Source: Armatimonadota bacterium (lineage in GTDB: Bacteria; Armatimonadota; SYMT01). From it: a stretch of 64,000 bases of DNA. Positions within the stretch are counted from its first letter, which is position 1. The number at the start of each line of letters is the position of its first letter. The notes beneath the pieces are model-generated. The model ran no database searches and was not told the DNA's origin. It saw only the letters and a list, made by a program, of their open reading frames with translations. Made by a program: the position numbers and the translations under genes. The stretch lies in the NCBI GenBank assembly GCA_046292385.1, contig JBKBRF010000031.1, positions 1 to 64,000 on the forward strand, read 5' to 3'. Of the stretch, positions 62,622 through 64,000 are shown one piece after another.

Positions 62622-62981
62622 CTGGGAGGATCCTCCGTTGCTCTAGGGTAGAGCCATGGTCGAGCTCTTGCGGTGGCCGGTCGAGCTCTGCGTAGAGACA
62701 ATGAAACGGTGTAGCTGGGCGCCGAGCGGTGCGAAGCCGGGGAGAGATCCGGCCGGGTTGACCGCTGCACCCGGAAACCGGGGCGCCCGGTCAGAGCGGA
62801 GCCTTCCGCCCGTGACCCCTTGCACACCTTCTCATACGCCTTGGTTTTTCGTGGCAGTTCCGCCTGCGGACACGAAAAAACCGGCCGCCAAGCGCCCGGG
62901 TGATTGGTGGATCGGAAAAATTTTTCAGATCAGCACACTTTAGGGGTTGTGCCGCTGATGTCCGTGTGCTATGATCCGGCT

Positions 62982-63050
62982 GCGTGAAACCTCATTTTCA
63001 CCTCCTTTCGTAGCGTGCCCGCCGGATCCAATCCGGCGGGCCATTTTTTT
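62982..63050 (+). ncRNA. candidate ~70-nt sRNA with anti-Shine-Dalgarno sequence
   Basis: TTGTGC-17bp-(TGc)TATGAT promoter; TCACCTCCTTTC at 62998-63009; 11-bp hairpin plus T7 terminator. Confidence 0.6.
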
Positions 63051-63162
63051 GCGCCTGGCAGCCTGTGTAAGAAGGGGGATGTGGAGATAGGGGGAGGAGG
63101 GGGATGAGCCGGCCTTCTTCGCCTAGCGAATCCCGGGGCGGACGCATCGCCGACGGGGGCCG

Positions 63163-63412
63163 CGAGGAATTGAAATACCTCGCTCGTCGGCCTGCGGCCA
63201 CGCGTCCTCCGGACGCCTCAAACCGGGCCCTTCTCAGTCCCCGAAGGGGGACCTCGTGCCGTGATTGCCGCGGTTTCAACCACCCTGCATCGCGCTAACG
63301 AAGCCGCGCCGGAGATTCGAAGGTCGCCAGCGAGCAGGAGCAAGAGCAAGAGCAGGAGCAGGACCTCCCGTGCGCGGAGGGTTCCACTTTAGCCTTCTGC
63401 CTTTAGCCTTTA
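63163..63412. repeat. adjacent copies of repeat families C (63163-63285) and B (63322-63412)
   Basis: Similarity to 26950-27090 and to 35499-35590/9728-9818. Confidence 0.75.
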
Positions 63413-63416
63413 GAAG

Positions 63417-64000
63417 CTACGCTGCCCGGCGGCCGGCGCTCTCCAGGGGCGGCGTGAGCCGGGACCAGCCCAGCATCTCCCGGACGGCCGCGGCGGGATC
63501 GCCGGTGTTCCGGCGCAGCAGGTCGAGCTGGCGGTCGGCGCCGCCGGGCTCCCGGATCGAATCGACCAGGCCCTGAAGGTACTCCACGCAGCCGAGGCGG
63601 CGGGCGATGGGGGCCAGCCGCGCTCCCAGGTCGGCCACGTGGTCCGGCACGCTCCGCGTGACCAGCGTGCGCGGGTCGACGAGCTCGGCGTCGCGCCCGA
63701 AGCGGCAGGCGCGCCACTTGTTCTGGCGCACCATCATCGGGTGGTGCTCCCGCTGGTACGTGCCCTCGTCGATCTCCTCGGAGAGCGCCTGCACCAGGCA
63801 CTGGACCAGCGCCACCAGCCCCAGCGTCTCGTCCAGGCTGGGCGGCATGTCGCAGATCCGCACCTCTACCGTGCCGAAGTTGTGGTGCGGGCGCACGTCC
63901 CACCAGATCTCCCGGATGGTGTGGATGAACCCGGTCTCGATCAGGTGGTTCACCAGCCAGGTGTACTCGCTCCAATTCCGCATCGGCTCCGGGAGGCCGG
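63417..64000 (-). CDS. second YbdK/GCS2 carboxylate-amine ligase (3' part; continues beyond window)
   Basis: IWWDVRPH..FGTVEVRICD, NKWRACRFG. Confidence 0.85.
   Translation of the reverse strand, partial: GLPEPMRNWSEYTWLVNHLIETGFIHTIREIWWDVRPHHNFGTVEVRICDMPPSLDETLGLVALVQCLVQALSEEIDEGTYQREHHPMMVRQNKWRACRFGRDAELVDPRTLVTRSVPDHVADLGARLAPIARRLGCVEYLQGLVDSIREPGGADRQLDLLRRNTGDPAAAVREMLGWSRLTPPLESAGRRAA

Noticed and set aside
62998..63009. 16S rRNA remnant
   Set aside because: The match is limited to 12 nt; the flanks show no rRNA similarity

Overview
This is a very GC-rich bacterial chromosomal segment. The gene and repeat style suggests Armatimonadota, but that is a low-certainty inference. Housekeeping genes include mnmG, deaD, pgi, dnaB, recR-ybaB-dnaX, a large SRP RNA, pepF-like, trxC and crcB. 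Accessory genes include a CHASE2 adenylate cyclase/FecR-barrel/giant secreted protein cluster, Tat-exported TIM-barrel epimerases, a GGDEF protein, a gamma-glutamylation-type cluster and an ABC-2/TPR trio. The most striking feature is a plasmid-type replication initiator gene directly behind dnaB. The two are separated by an array of about ten helically phased 14-bp iteron-like repeats (TGTCA-NNN-GRGACG). No integrase, par genes or DnaA-box cluster was seen, so this is a candidate Rep/iteron origin in a chromosome-like context. Other notable non-coding signals are a promoter-to-terminator ~70-nt RNA carrying a perfect anti-Shine-Dalgarno sequence, a ~500-nt four-way cruciform before mnmG, tandem CsoR-family-like operators, and several families of nested intergenic palindromes. 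One of these families brackets a PhyH gene like a cassette. Functions were assigned by motif recognition only; no database search was run.
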